A stretch of DNA of 64,000 bases from Eledone cirrhosa. Lineage: Eukaryota. The DNA is taken from assembly GCA_964016885.1 (NCBI GenBank), contig OZ024741.1, positions 352,904,001-352,968,000 on the forward strand. Reading direction: 5' to 3'. The notes beneath the pieces are model-generated. The model saw only the letters and a program-made list of their open reading frames with translations, ran no database searches and had not been told where the DNA came from. Position numbers and translations under genes: made by a program. Positions 37,296 to 51,548 of this stretch are shown here, in pieces (the stretch's first letter is position 1; each line of letters starts with the position of its first letter).

Positions 37296-37984
37296 TTCCT
37301 GTGTCAGTGTTGAACAAAAAGGTGACGTGATTGCCTAAACACTGTACGGCGTAACTCTGGCTGTTTGTTTGTTTACAAACGAACAAACCGAGCATTATAA
37401 TAAATGTTCGGTAAACTGATACGTGCATATATGTATGTGTGCCTGTATGTATATATATACATGCTACTGTACGTCTGTATACATATATGTATGTACGTAT
37501 ACATACATACTTACATTTAAGTAAGTGCCGTACTAAGAGTGAGAAATGAAATTTCGTTTCATTCTATTCCATTTACAGATATATGTATATGTGTATATAT
37601 GTATGTGTTTATGTGTATGTATATGTATATATATGTGTATATGTATATATGTTTATATGTATATATGGGTATATATATTTATATGTATGTATATGTGTAT
37701 GTGTATGTATATATGCATGTATATGTGTATGTATATGTGTATTTATATGTATATATGTATATGTATGTATATGTATGTTTATGTGTATATATGTGTTTAT
37801 ATGTATATATGTTTATATGTATATATATGTTTATGTGTATATATATGTATGTGTATATTTATATGTATATATATGTATGTATATATACATTTATGTGTAT
37901 ATATATGTATGTATGTGTATGTTTATGTGTATATGTATGTGTATGTATGTATGTATTTATATGTATATGTATATGTATATGTAT

Positions 37985-38581
37985 AGTTGGTGCTACTGGT
38001 AACATGTATCCCAGTACAACCTGTCTCATGGTCGGGTCGTTGGCGACTAAACTGGCAACCCCGCCAAGGTTTCTTGGTGAGGAGGGTGACTTTGGACATC
38101 CTGCAGGACTAAAAACAAAACCTGTCAAAAGGCAAAGGAGCTCTTAAGTCAATGGCCATCCAAAATCACCGGGAGAGATGACCCCTTAGCCTTTGTCAAG
38201 GCAGAATTTTAGGAGAAGGAAAACTCTGATATAACACCTGCAACCCTGTTGGTATCCAATGATGTTGACTTGTTCTTCTTTTTGGTAAATATCATCTTGG
38301 TTAAGAGAGTGGGACTGGCTTTGTGCAGTGCCTTTGCTCACTATAAAAGCTTCACGGCACAGTCATTGCTTTATATCTGGAGATCTCTCTGCACTTGTCC
38401 TCACATGGTACCATGGGCCCAGCACTATGTGTCAATAATTGTAACAAGTGTAGTGTTTGTACCAGAGTTTTCAAGTCGCTGGCTGGACTAAAAAGTCACA
38501 CTCGTTCAGTGCCACGGTAGGGGTTCTCCTACATGGATATAAAGTAGTGGCCGTACTCGAAAACGACCTGGCGGACACCAT
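37985..38581 (+). mobile_element. RTE-derived bipartite retroposon, subfamily 1
   Basis: High identity to 27767-28377. Confidence 0.9.
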
Positions 38582-38590
38582 ATATATATG

Positions 38591-38621
<31 letters not shown>

Positions 38622-38950
38622 GTATATATATATGTATGTGTGTATATATGTATATATATGTATGTGTGTATATATGTATATATATGTATGTGTGTATATA
38701 TGTATATATATATATGTATGTATATATGTATGTATATATATGTATATATATGTGTATATGTATATATGTATATATATATATATATGTATATATATATGTA
38801 TATATGTGTATATGTATATATGTGTGTGTATGTGTATATGTATATATATGTATATATGTATGTATGTATATGTATGTGTATATATATGTATATATATATG
38901 TATATATATGTATATATATGTATATATATATATATATGTATATATATATG

Positions 38951-38983
<33 letters not shown>

Positions 38984-39167
38984 GTATATATATATATATG
39001 TATATATATATATGTATATAAGTATATATCTATATATGTATGTATATGTATATATATATATGTATATATATATGTATATACATATATATGTATATATATA
39101 TGCATATATATATGTATATATATATGTATATATATATGTATATATATATGTATATATATATATTTAG

Positions 39168-39199
<32 letters not shown>

Positions 39200-39333
39200 G
39201 TATGTATATATATGTGTATATATATATGTATGTGTATATGTGTATGTATATATATGTGTATATATATATGTATATGTGTATATGTATATATGTATATGTA
39301 TATATATATGTGTATATGTATATATGTATATAT

Positions 39334-39367
<34 letters not shown>

Positions 39368-39384
39368 ATGTATGTGTGTATATG

Positions 39385-39433
<49 letters not shown>

Positions 39434-39493
39434 GTACATATATATATATATATGCATATGTATATATATGTATATATATATATGTATATATAT

Positions 39494-39576
39494 GATTGAC
39501 TTTGTTAGTTTCAGAAGATCCCGTTAAGGGTGAAAGCAGCGATTCTTTGCTTAAACTTTAATCTGTTATTTTAATA
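39494..39576 (+). repeat. 83-bp exact copy of 922-1004 containing the CAGAAGA hammerhead-like motif
   Basis: Direct comparison; isolated within a long TA/TG tract. Confidence 0.9.
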
Positions 39577-39582
39577 AATATG

Positions 39583-39637
<55 letters not shown>

Positions 39638-39744
39638 GTGTATATGTATATATATGTATATGTATATATATGTATATATATATATATGTATATATATATA
39701 TGTATATATATATATGTATATATATGTATATATGTATGTATATA

Positions 39745-39785
<41 letters not shown>

Positions 39786-39818
39786 GTATATATATATATA
39801 TGTATACGTATATATATG

Positions 39819-39851
<33 letters not shown>

Positions 39852-39922
39852 GTATATATATATATGTTTGTGTATATATATGTATATATATATATATATG
39901 TATAAGTATATGTATATATATG

Positions 39923-39969
<47 letters not shown>

Positions 39970-39974
39970 GTATG

Positions 39975-40005
<31 letters not shown>

Positions 40006-40092
40006 GTATATATATATATACATATATATATATGTATATATATATATGTATATATATATATGTATATATATATATGTGTATATATATATGTG

Positions 40093-40153
<61 letters not shown>

Positions 40154-40182
40154 GTGTATATGTATATATATGTATATGTATA

Positions 40183-40293
<111 letters not shown>

Positions 40294-40386
40294 GTATATA
40301 TATTAAGATAAGCAGAACAAGTAAAATTCAATCAATTTTTTAAAATACATTAAAAAATATAATATAAATATTTACCTCTCCTAGTG

Positions 40387-40468
40387 GCCCTTACTGATCA
40401 GTTTCGCTTTGTAAAACCGTATAAATCCGATGGATTTATGATGGAAAACCAAAACTCATCAGAGAAGC
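40387..40468 (-). ncRNA. Type I hammerhead ribozyme with extended stem II
   Basis: gcttct-CTGATGA-gttttg..ataaatcc atc ggatttat..caaagc-GAAA-ctgatcag-TA-agggc. Confidence 0.75.
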
Positions 40469-40875
40469 ATTTTCCCTTCCTAGGGCTAAACGTCCCAAGA
40501 ACGACAAAATATATAACCTCCTGCCAGCAAATAAAGGTCTGAAAGGTCGTAAAGGTGACCCGTATGTAAACTGGACCGAAGTAAAAGCGGGAAAATCAAA
40601 GACTTGCTGTCTACAATTACTACTACAAAAATAGCAGCTAAATAGAACAACAGGATTGTTCTCAACAGACGGAGAAAGAGATTGAAGTTAATATGTCCAG
40701 GGATACTAGGTACCCCCAGAAATACATAGGTTGTCTATGATTCAAGGTTGTTCAATGGTATTAATTTGATTATGTATGTATATGTATATATATGTGTATA
40801 TATGTATATGTATGTATATATGTATATGTATGTATATATGTATGTATGTATGTATATATATGTATGTGTATATAT

Positions 40876-41286
40876 GGGAGAGATGACCCCTTAGCCTTTG
40901 TCAAGGCAGAATTCTAGGAGAAGGAAAACTCTGATATAACACCTGCAGCCCTGATGGTATCCAATGATGTTGACTCGTTCTTCTTTTTGGTAAATATCAT
41001 CTTGGTTAAGAGAGTGGGACTGGCTTTGTGCATTGCCTTTGCTCACTATAAAAGCTTCACGGCACAGGCATTGCTTTATATCTGGAGATCTCTCTGCACT
41101 TGTCGTCACATGGTACCATGGGCCCTGCACTGTGTCAATAATTGTCATAAGTGTAGTGTTTGTACCAGAGTTTTCAAGTCGCTGGCTGGACTTAAAAGTC
41201 ACACTCGTTCAGCGCATCGGTAGGGGTTCTCCTACATGGATATAAAGTAGTGGCCGTACTCGAAAACGAGTTGGCAGCCACCACCA
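40876..41286 (+). mobile_element. RTE-derived bipartite retroposon, 5'-truncated
   Basis: Matches 3' two-thirds of 27767-28377; retains [23 protein letters not shown]. Confidence 0.9.
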
Positions 41287-41307
41287 TATATATATGTATA
41301 TATATGT

Positions 41308-41340
<33 letters not shown>

Positions 41341-41352
41341 CGTATATATATA

Positions 41353-41947
41353 TTGGTGCTAGTGGTAACATGTATCCCAGTACAACCCGTCTCATGGTCG
41401 GGTCGTTGACGACTAAACTGGCAACCCCACCAAGGTTTCTTAGTGAGGAGGGTGACTTTGGACATCCTGCAGGACTAAAAACAAAACCTGTCAAAGGGCA
41501 AAGGAGCTCTTAAGTCAATGGCCATCCAAAATCACCGGGAGAGATGACCCCTTAGCCTTTGTCAAGGCAGAATTCTAGGAGGAGGAAAACTCTGATATAA
41601 CACCTGCAGCCCTGATGGTATCCAATGATGTTGACTCGTTCTTCTTTTTGGTAAATATCATCTTGGTTAAGAGAGTGGGACTGGCTTTGTGCAGTGCCTT
41701 TGCTCACTATAAAAGCTTCACGGCACAGGCATTGCTTTATATCTGGAGATCTCTCTGCACTTGTTGTCACATGGTACCATGGGCCCAGCACTATGTGTCA
41801 GTAATTGTCACAAGTGTAGTGTTTGTACCTGAGTTTTCAAGTCGCTGGCTGGACTAAAAAGTCACACTCGTTCAGCGCATCGGTAGGGGTTCTCCTACAT
41901 GGATATAAAGTAGTGGCCGTACTCGAAAACGAGTTGGCAGCCACCAT
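41353..41947 (+). mobile_element. RTE-derived bipartite retroposon
   Basis: High identity to 27767-28377. Confidence 0.9.
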
Positions 41948-42614
41948 ATGTATATGTATGTATGTATATTTATATGTATGTATATATTTATATGTATATG
42001 TATTTATGTGTATGTATATTTATATGTATGTATGTATTTATATGTATGTATATGTGTCTATATGTATGTATATGTATTTATATATGTATGTATATATATT
42101 TATATGTATTTATATGTATGTATATGTTTATATGTATGTATATGTATTTATATGTATGTATATGTATTTATATGTATATGTATGTATGTGTATGTATATG
42201 TATGTATGTGTATATATATTTATGTGTATGTATATGCTTATATGTATGTATATATATGTGTATGTATATGAATGTGTATGTATGTATATGTGTTTATATG
42301 TATGTATATGCATGTATATATGTATGTATAGGTATATATATCTATGTATATATATTTGTATGTATGTATATGTATATATATATGTATGTATATGTATATG
42401 TATGTATATGTATGTATATATATATGTATGTATATATGTGTGTATGTATGTATATGTATATATATGTATGTATGTGTATATATATGTATGTGTATATGTA
42501 TATGTATGTATGCATATATATGTATATATGTATATATATGTATATATATGTGTATGTATGTGTATATGTATGTATGTGTATATGTATGTATATGTATGTA
42601 TGTGTATATGTATG

Positions 42615-42646
<32 letters not shown>

Positions 42647-42713
42647 TGTATGTATGTATGTATGTATGTATGTATGTATATGTGTATGTATATGTATATG
42701 TATGTATATATAT

Positions 42714-43101
42714 GTCAGGTCACCAGTTGGTGCTACTGGTAACATGTATTCCAGTACAACCTGTCCCATAGTTGGGTCGTTGGCGACTAAACTGGCAACC
42801 CCACCAAGGTTTCTTGGTGAGGAGGGTGACTTTGGACATCCTGCAAGACTAAAAACAAAACCTGTCAAAGGGCAAAGGAGCTGTTAAGAGTCAATGGCCA
42901 TCCAAAATCACCGGGAGAGATGACCCCTTAGCCTTTGTCAAGGCAGAATTCTAGGAGAAGGAAAACTCTGATCTAACACCTGCAACCCTGATCGTATCCA
43001 ATGATGTTGACTTGTTCTTCTTTTTGGTAAATATCAACTTGGTTAAGAGAGTGGGACTGGCTTTGTGCAGTGCCTTTGCTCACTATAAAAGCTTCACGGC
43101 A
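42714..43101 (+). mobile_element. RTE-derived bipartite retroposon, 3'-truncated
   Basis: Matches 5' part of 27767-28377 then runs into (TATG)n. Confidence 0.9.
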
Positions 43102-43416
43102 TGTATGTATGTATGTATGTATGTATGTATGTATGTATGTATGTATGTATGTATGTATGTATGTATGTGTGTATGTCTGCATGCATGTATGCATGTATGT
43201 ATCGCAGATTTCTCCTTTACTTCCTCCCTACCTACCAGTCAATCAATTTATGGCTTCTCAAAGAGATAGACATGAATGAAATTAAATCAAACAGATTATT
43301 TTCTCGTTTGCTATTGAAATGGCATAAGCTTAATCGTAAAGCAAAGAATCTCTATAATAATAACAATAATAATATATGCTTAGATCGAATTATACATACA
43401 TACATACATACATACA

Positions 43417-43696
43417 TCATTCAGTACAGGGCTCCAAAATTGTTTCGCTGTGAGATGGTTTTGGTGTGGCCAACTGGCCTCTTCTTCCTCCCAACGGAGC
43501 CATCCATTTCCACACTATAAATGTGGGGTGGTGTTAGGAAGGACATCCAGCTGTTAAATCCCCGGCCAAATTTACAGTCCTCGTCAGAGCAAGGTACGGC
43601 GTGGCCAATCCCCGTCAGACTTGTCTCCCAACGTGGACGACCCATCTACCCCCCCAAGCATGGAAAAATCGACGCTAAACAGCAATGATGTTGATG

Positions 43697-43698
<2 letters not shown>
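43417..43698 (+). mobile_element. SINE-like retroposon 3' part with (GAT)n-like tail
   Basis: ggtgttaggaaggacatccagctgt...agcatggaaaaatcgacgctaaac..gatgttgatgat. Confidence 0.55.
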
Positions 43699-43727
<29 letters not shown>

Positions 43728-43915
43728 GGTTTGTTGGTTCACCACAGGATATAACTGGTCATTCCGTATGGTCAATCTCGATGTAATATTAGGGAGAGCA
43801 CTCAACGTAATGCAACTCATCCGTCTTCGTTTGTGTCGTTGGTGGTGCCAGTACGGAGTTAATTATTATAAAATAACAGGAGGCTGGACTGGTGAAAATC
43901 CTTGAAAGGTTTATT

Positions 43916-43973
43916 ATACTATGATCATTTCAATGACCGGGTTCAGTATGAATCCGGTGACATCATCAGGTAT
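43916..43973 (-). ncRNA. Type I hammerhead ribozyme
   Basis: atac-CTGATGA-tgtcaccgg..ccggtcatt-GAAA-tgatca-TA-gtat. Confidence 0.75.
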
Positions 43974-44034
43974 TCAAAATATAACAAAGGAATATAACAG
44001 ATAAAATCCATGGATATATATATATATATATATA

Positions 44035-44931
44035 TTTTAAGACTATACAGAGCATTTGATGTTATTCCAAATTGAAGGATAAGTGTTTCAAACTTTATTT
44101 TATCATGAGTTAAAGGTCTATAGATTTTTCCCTGGATTTTACTAAATTCTGTGGATGAATTTATATCCTGATTCTCTTTTGAGATGAGTTTGAGTTATTT
44201 TTCCTAAATCTTTCGTTAACTACTTTTCCCATCTTGACGTTATAGTCGCATATATGTTATAGAATGCCGTTAGCTTCTTGCTAAAACAATCTCTATACCT
44301 CTCATTTATATTTATACTTGGATTCTTTTCCTAGAGTGCTTAACCTATCTGTGACTAATCCCGGTTTTTTTCATAAAAACTGTGATAATTATTGCTATTT
44401 TGCTGAACTCCTTTGTAGAGTTTTTTTCAGAATGTATTTGACTGCTATTTCTTGTAAATAAACATTCACTTCCATCCTGACGTCACTAGCCCCGTTTTTT
44501 CCTCATGTGCTTTTTCATAAATACACATGAAGGCGAACTAGCCAGTTTTAGAATTCCCTTTTTCGGACTATATTACTGTGAGAGCCCTGGTTTCTGTTGA
44601 GCTCTGCTGATGAATGAAATCCAACCGTGACCATCTCCACTGAAAGTTTTCATGAAATAGTCTTTTAAGACTATACAGAGCATTTGATGTTATTCCAAAT
44701 TGAAGGATAAGTGTTTCAAACTTTATTTTATCATGAGTTAAAGGTCTATAGATTTTTCCCTGGATTTTACTAAATTCTGTGGATGAATTTATATCCTGAT
44801 TCTCTTTTGAGATGAGTTTGAGTTATTTTTCCTAAATCTTTCGTTAACTACTTTTCCCATCTTGACGGTATAGTCGCATATATATAATAGAATGCCGTTA
44901 GCTTCTTGCTAAAACAATCTCTATACCTCTC

Positions 44932-44939
<8 letters not shown>
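44035..44939 (+). repeat. 628-bp monomer plus about 277-bp partial tandem copy, flanked by (TA)n
   Basis: 44035-44311 is nearly identical to 44663-44939. Confidence 0.9.
44601..44681 (+). ncRNA. Type I hammerhead ribozyme spanning the tandem junction
   Basis: gctctg-CTGATGA-atgaaa..tttcat-GAAA-tagtctt tt aagacta-TA-cagagc; all three stems Watson-Crick. Confidence 0.85.
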
Positions 44940-44988
<49 letters not shown>

Positions 44989-45245
44989 TATATATATATA
45001 TATATATGTATACATGCATACGTGGTCGTTTGGTTGGAGCGGGGAGGGGGGGGGGGCTGCCTAGGATAGTTTTTTTGTGAGTTTGTTGTAGTGGATAGTC
45101 AGCTTTCGTTTGCGCCTGCAGAGAATTGCGGAGGTGGATTGTTGACCACAGGGGAATGGGCAGGCGATTCAAGAACACACGCCTTATCCGTTCCTCTGTC
45201 GTTTCTGTTTGGATTACCTTGAGAGCGTAACCTTATTATATAAGA

Positions 45246-45321
45246 GCTTGTCTGATGATGTGACGGCACTGGGTACACGGAATCGTGTAGCTACTGTCTT
45301 CATTGAAATATGTATTACAGC
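45246..45321 (+). ncRNA. Type I hammerhead ribozyme with extended stem II
   Basis: gcttgt-CTGATGA-tgtgacgg..tacacg gaat cgtgta..ctgtcttcatt-GAAA-tatgta-TT-acagc. Confidence 0.7.
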
Positions 45322-45371
45322 ATTACCAATAAAGGACTTTAACATCTGAAACTACTACCCATTTTCTCATT

Positions 45372-45481
<110 letters not shown>

Positions 45482-46311
45482 ATAATAATGGAGAAGACTA
45501 AACTCCGATGAGGGCTCGATAAGGAATATATATATATAATGTATATATAAACCCGTAGAGCAAATATTTATTATAAGAACAGATTCTGTTCTTATAATAT
45601 ATATATATATATTTAGGAGATGAAGCGAGTCGGATAGAACAGACATAACTTCGGCCGTTTCCCCACTCACTCCATGAACAACTAATTTCAAATGACTAAA
45701 ATTCGAACTCAGCTAGTCAGAGTGTACAGTTTCCTTAATTAGCGAGGAAGACGACTTCTTGACGATAATATGGTACGGAACCCTGAATGCTATAGATATA
45801 CATATATATCGATAAATAGATAAATAGATGGATGGATAAATAGATATATGAATAATGCATATCTGAAGAAATACTATCCAAGATATGGACACCTCAGAGA
45901 TATACTGCTTGTAAGGATAATGTTTTATGTTTATCAAATGCTGTGGTCATTTCTTGTTCACTCCGACGCCCGAACAACCAGACTGGCTTTATCGAGATGA
46001 CAGATTCATGGTTCCTGAACTGAGAATAATTTAAGAAGGCTATCAGAGGAATAGGATTCTCTGACATATCTAGCTAGTGGCTTATTACCCGTTAGTGGGT
46101 GTGTAGCGTTACATGTTCTTTTACCATTATATCTTGTTATTTAAACTGGTATGTGTATTTTCATATGATTTTCAGCTTATTCTGTGTTTTTTAATCATCA
46201 AATTGTATAACGTTAAAAACATTTCCATGCATCGCCACATATGAATCTTAGCGAAAGTATGCTGCAAGCTTCCAAGGAAAACTAGATTTCGCATTATGAC
46301 CGTTATATTAA

Positions 46312-46560
46312 TACTAGCCCCGTGCCGTCAAAAATGACAGCTAATGGTAATATCTATACATAATATAAAAAAGAGATGTTAGTTTGTTGGTTGGTTGATT
46401 GGTTCCTTCATGCTCACTCACGCAAGTGACACAAACACACAAACAGTCGACGTTATCACCCCTTCCTTCCTCAGTCGAAATAATCACCCTTCATTCCTCA
46501 GTCATCTCTACTGCCTTACGGACAAATACACACGGCTAGAGATATTAGTAAATACATTTG
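46312..46560. mobile_element. Possible non-autonomous Helitron-like ends
   Basis: tactagccccgtgccgtcaaaaatgacag is the reverse of a hairpin+CTAG end; tctatacataatataaaa at ~46352 resembles a Helitron 5' start. Confidence 0.35.
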
Positions 46561-46603
46561 AGAGACTTCTATCCGTCACACAATGTGTGTGTGTGTGTGT
46601 GTG

Positions 46604-46665
<62 letters not shown>

Positions 46666-46670
46666 GTGTG

Positions 46671-46718
<48 letters not shown>

Positions 46719-46722
46719 TGTG

Positions 46723-46753
<31 letters not shown>

Positions 46754-47858
46754 GTGAATGTTGTGTGTGTAAAAGGAAGGAAAGGGGATGGTGAAAGAAA
46801 CTATAGCAAAACAGCGGCTAACGTTCAATTTGCTACGCTTTGTGTTAGTGTATGTGTATGTGTGTGGTTGTGTAAATGTATGTGTGTTTGTGTTGTGTGA
46901 ATATATGTGTGTGTTTGTGAAAATGTATGTGTATTTGTCTGTGAGTGTGTAGTTTTGTAAGTGTGTCTGTATTTGCACGTTTATATTTATATACTCATAT
47001 AAATGTATGTATATGCACATACTCAAACGCACATATATATATATACACATACGTGTCAGCGTGTTGAAAAATATTCTAGTATTCATATATTTCGTAAGGG
47101 AATTGATATGAAAGTAGCTGTTTTTTTCTTTTGAATTATGAAAACTTTTATTTCACAAATTTCAATTAAATCATATAATATTTGCAATAAAACAAATAAA
47201 TAAGGAGAAGGCAGTATACCCCAGCCCTCGCACCGCAGACATGATTTTACGTATTATATAAAAACGCTTTCGGTGTTTGGTAGTCAGATTGCAAAACTGT
47301 ATAAACCGCAGTAGTGCCATTTTAGCGTGCGGTCTAGCTTAACTATAACGCTAACCGTAACCTTAGATACAGCATCAGCAGAGGTGTTAGTAGATAGACC
47401 AGGTAGTTACACAACAGTAATGTAATTCTATATTATCATTAACATTGAAACGGATGAAGAACAGTGTTATGTCTTGAAAAGACGTTGATTCATTAGAAAG
47501 GATAAAAAATATGAGATGCGTCAATATTTTGTAAGGATCTAGAAACATTCAAAGTTTTGAACAGAATCATTTTTTTCTTCGTAAAAAGTTGTTAGTTTAG
47601 GCTGTGGAAGTTTTTTGTTTTGCAATCTCAGATGAAAATTCTATTCCTGTAATACTGATGAATGCCAACAAGATAATAAATAAGAGGAGAAAGACTGAAA
47701 TATCGATATATACAGAGTGAATTAATATTTTTTAAAATGTATTAAAGACACAAATCGAATGTGCACTTCCAATTACTGTTTTAACTACTTTCTTTCTAAC
47801 TATGGGTGTATTTATGAACAAATCAAATATCAGCAATATTTCTTTAGAGTCAGCAAAA

Positions 47859-47902
<44 letters not shown>

Positions 47903-48235
47903 TAAATAACAGAAAAATCCGCTGTAATCCCGGCATATAGAAAAGAAAACAACAACTAAAAGGTACCTCTGGATTAAGTTGAAATATTCTAGCAAATGAT
48001 GAGAATATTTATAATCCTCGAGATGAGGTAGGAGAAATTGAGGCTGTAATAAAAGAAATAATAAAGTATAAAAATATGGTGCAAGATGGCTACAAAACTA
48101 GAAACTGAAGGATAGATAATGACGGAGAGAGAAGGAAAAAGGGAAGAGAGAGAGAGAGAGAGAAAGCAAGAAAGATCGAGAGACAGAGAGAGGAAGATAT
48201 ATATATATAATAGAGAGAGAGACAGGGGGGGGGGG

Positions 48236-49010
<775 letters not shown>

Positions 49011-49124
49011 GTTTAAAAGACCAACTAAACCCTCTAGAAATGAAATCACACATGGATTTTACTGACAACACATAACAATATGGAATTATTATATAGTCAG
49101 ATGAGCGCGTGTATATATATATAC

Positions 49125-49350
49125 TTATGTAATAAACAACATAAGATAATTATTTCATTTACCAGTGGTTTCTTGAAAGCAAACAAAATTTCATCAGAAT
49201 GAAAAAATCCTGGTGTATTTATTGACAGTGAAAATCCACTGTCAATAAATACACCAGGATTGTTTTGATTCTGATGATTGAAAGCACATTTTGTTTGCTT
49301 TCAAGAAACCACTGGTAAATGAAATAATTATCTTTATGTTTATTACATAA
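49125..49350. repeat. About 225-bp palindrome of two divergent hammerhead-bearing arms
   Basis: Centre cagtg aaaatc cactg near 49226-49241; left arm has a stem II deletion. Confidence 0.9.
49268..49320 (+). ncRNA. Type I hammerhead ribozyme
   Basis: att-CTGATGA-ttgaaagca..tgctttcaa-GAAA-cca c tgg-TA-aat. Confidence 0.8.
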
Positions 49351-49584
49351 CTATTAAGCTCTGTAACCTACATAGAGCACTCTTTTTTCCTGGACCTTTC
49401 CGATGGAATTACTTCATATATATATATATATATATATGTATGTGTATGTGTAAGTATTTGTATATATATGTGTGTGTGTATGAGTGTGTAAGTATTTGTG
49501 TATATTTGCATGCTTGTGCGCATTTGTAAGCACGTTATATATTTCTCTCCCACTCCTCTCCCACTCTCTCTCTCTCTTTCTTAC

Positions 49585-49615
<31 letters not shown>

Positions 49616-49679
49616 TACACGCACACAGATACATGCATATATATATATAAACGACAGCAGCCTCTTCGCGGCCGACCGC

Positions 49680-49975
49680 CATAGAATATTTACCCAACAT
49701 TTCAACAGCATGTAGAAATCGACTAAATATACCGGTAACCATACACAATTAGGTATAAAATTAAAGTTAGAAAAAATGCGTACACTCTTACGATGATTAT
49801 GTCCCTCTCCTGGGGTTTCGTTCGCGTTTTGAGATATCCTATTAAGGATAAAATCTCGAGCCCTTATTCTTATAGCCTGGTCTAATTGATTTTTTATGTG
49901 GCTAATTATGCTAATTGGGAGAGGAAATAGTGTATATATTTTATCAACTGATTCTATGGACATACTTTATGATAT
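49680..49975 (-). repeat. Dispersed repeat, possible PLE N-terminal relic (partial copy about 58422-58533)
   Basis: tcttatagcctgg..ttatgctaattgggagaggaaatagtgtatata..gattctatggacata occurs at both sites; PLE assignment is weak. Confidence 0.5.
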
Positions 49976-50076
49976 ATTGCTCTGATTATTTAATTTATGA
50001 ATTCTTCATCGAGCCACACCGTGAATGGTTGCCACATATATATCCGTGATTTTGTTTAGTTTGTGTATATGTAAAT

Positions 50077-50125
<49 letters not shown>

Positions 50126-50176
50126 TAGATAGATAGATAGATAGATAGATACATACATACATGCATGCATACATAC

Positions 50177-50447
50177 ATGATGGTCGCAGACTCTGCTAAC
50201 AGTACTGCAATCGCTTGTCAGATTATAGAGTGTGGTGCACTTTTAGGCTACGGCCAGCCACACGAACCTGTAACATATCCGGAACAAGGAGTGTCTGTGA
50301 TTTGAAGGTCTTTTAAGTGGGGAAATGCCTTGCATTCGACCAAGCCCACTCTCTGAGCATCGAAAACACTACACGAGGAGGAGAACTGGTCAATATCATA
50401 GGACGCTTCCGAAGGCGCAGGTTTATTTTCAGAGTTTCCCTCTCCTA
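50177..50447 (-). mobile_element. RTE-derived retroposon subfamily 2, 5'-truncated
   Basis: Matches 16997-17275. Confidence 0.8.
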
Positions 50448-50969
50448 TACATACATGCATGCATACATACATACATACGTAAATACGTACGTACGTATAG
50501 GCATATATTCATATATACATCCACACATACATACGTACATACGTACGTACATATATGTGTACATACATGTAGGTACATAATTTAGTGAAAGCTTGAAGGT
50601 CTTCTACTAGAAATAAATTTCCCGATTACCGGATCACCCGCAGATGGATTCAAAAGTGACAAGTCCGCCACATCTTACCCAAATTATGTATTACGAAAAT
50701 AGTAATTACTGCCTTAGCGATCTAAAGAAAGAGAGTTGTACATTGTACTAACCCTTTCCTAAACATCTTGCATGGCCACATGACGCTCCCCAAAATAAAC
50801 CACCAACATACATATATTTGCAAATTTACAAACCTGAGTTCAGTCCCACTGTGCGGCAACTTGGTCAAGGGTTTTCAACTAGTGTCTCGGATTGATCATT
50901 GCTTTGGGAACAGAATTTGTTAATGGAGACTGCAGACGCCTGCTGCAAATGTATGTATGGATGGTTGGA

Positions 50970-51480
50970 TGCCAGGCTGCTCTCGAGTGCTACTGGTAAC
51001 ATGTAACCAGGTACAAGCTGTCTCATGGTCGGGTCGTCGGCGACTAAACCGGCAAGCCCACCAAGCTTGCTTGGTGAAGAGGGTGATATTAGGACACCCT
51101 GCGGGATGAAATACAAGACCCGGTAAAGGGCGGGGAACGGCCATCGAAATAGTTTTTTTTTCACCTGGGAGTAAAAGGCCCCCAGTTGTTGGTACAACAC
51201 CTTTCTAAGAGAGGGAATCTCTGAAAAAAAAAAACCTGCGGCTTCGGAAGCATCCGATGATGTTGACCAGTTCTCCTTTTCGTGTAGTGTTTTCGATGCT
51301 CAGAGAGTGGGATTGGTAGAGTGCAAGGCCCTTCCCCATTTAAAAAAACCTTCAAAGCACTGGCATTGCTCGTCCAGGATCTGTTACAGGTTCGTGTGGT
51401 TGACTGTAGCCTAAAAGTCCACCAATTTCTATAATCTGACAAGCGATTGTAATACTCTTAGCAGAGTTTGCAGCCATCAT
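50970..51480 (+). mobile_element. RTE-derived retroposon subfamily 2
   Basis: Shared leader tgctactggtaacatgta..ggcgactaaac and tail gcagagtttgcagccatcat. Confidence 0.85.
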
Positions 51481-51548
51481 TTATGTATGTATGTATGTAT
51501 GTATGTATGTATGTATGTATGTATGTATGTATGTATGTATGTATGTAT

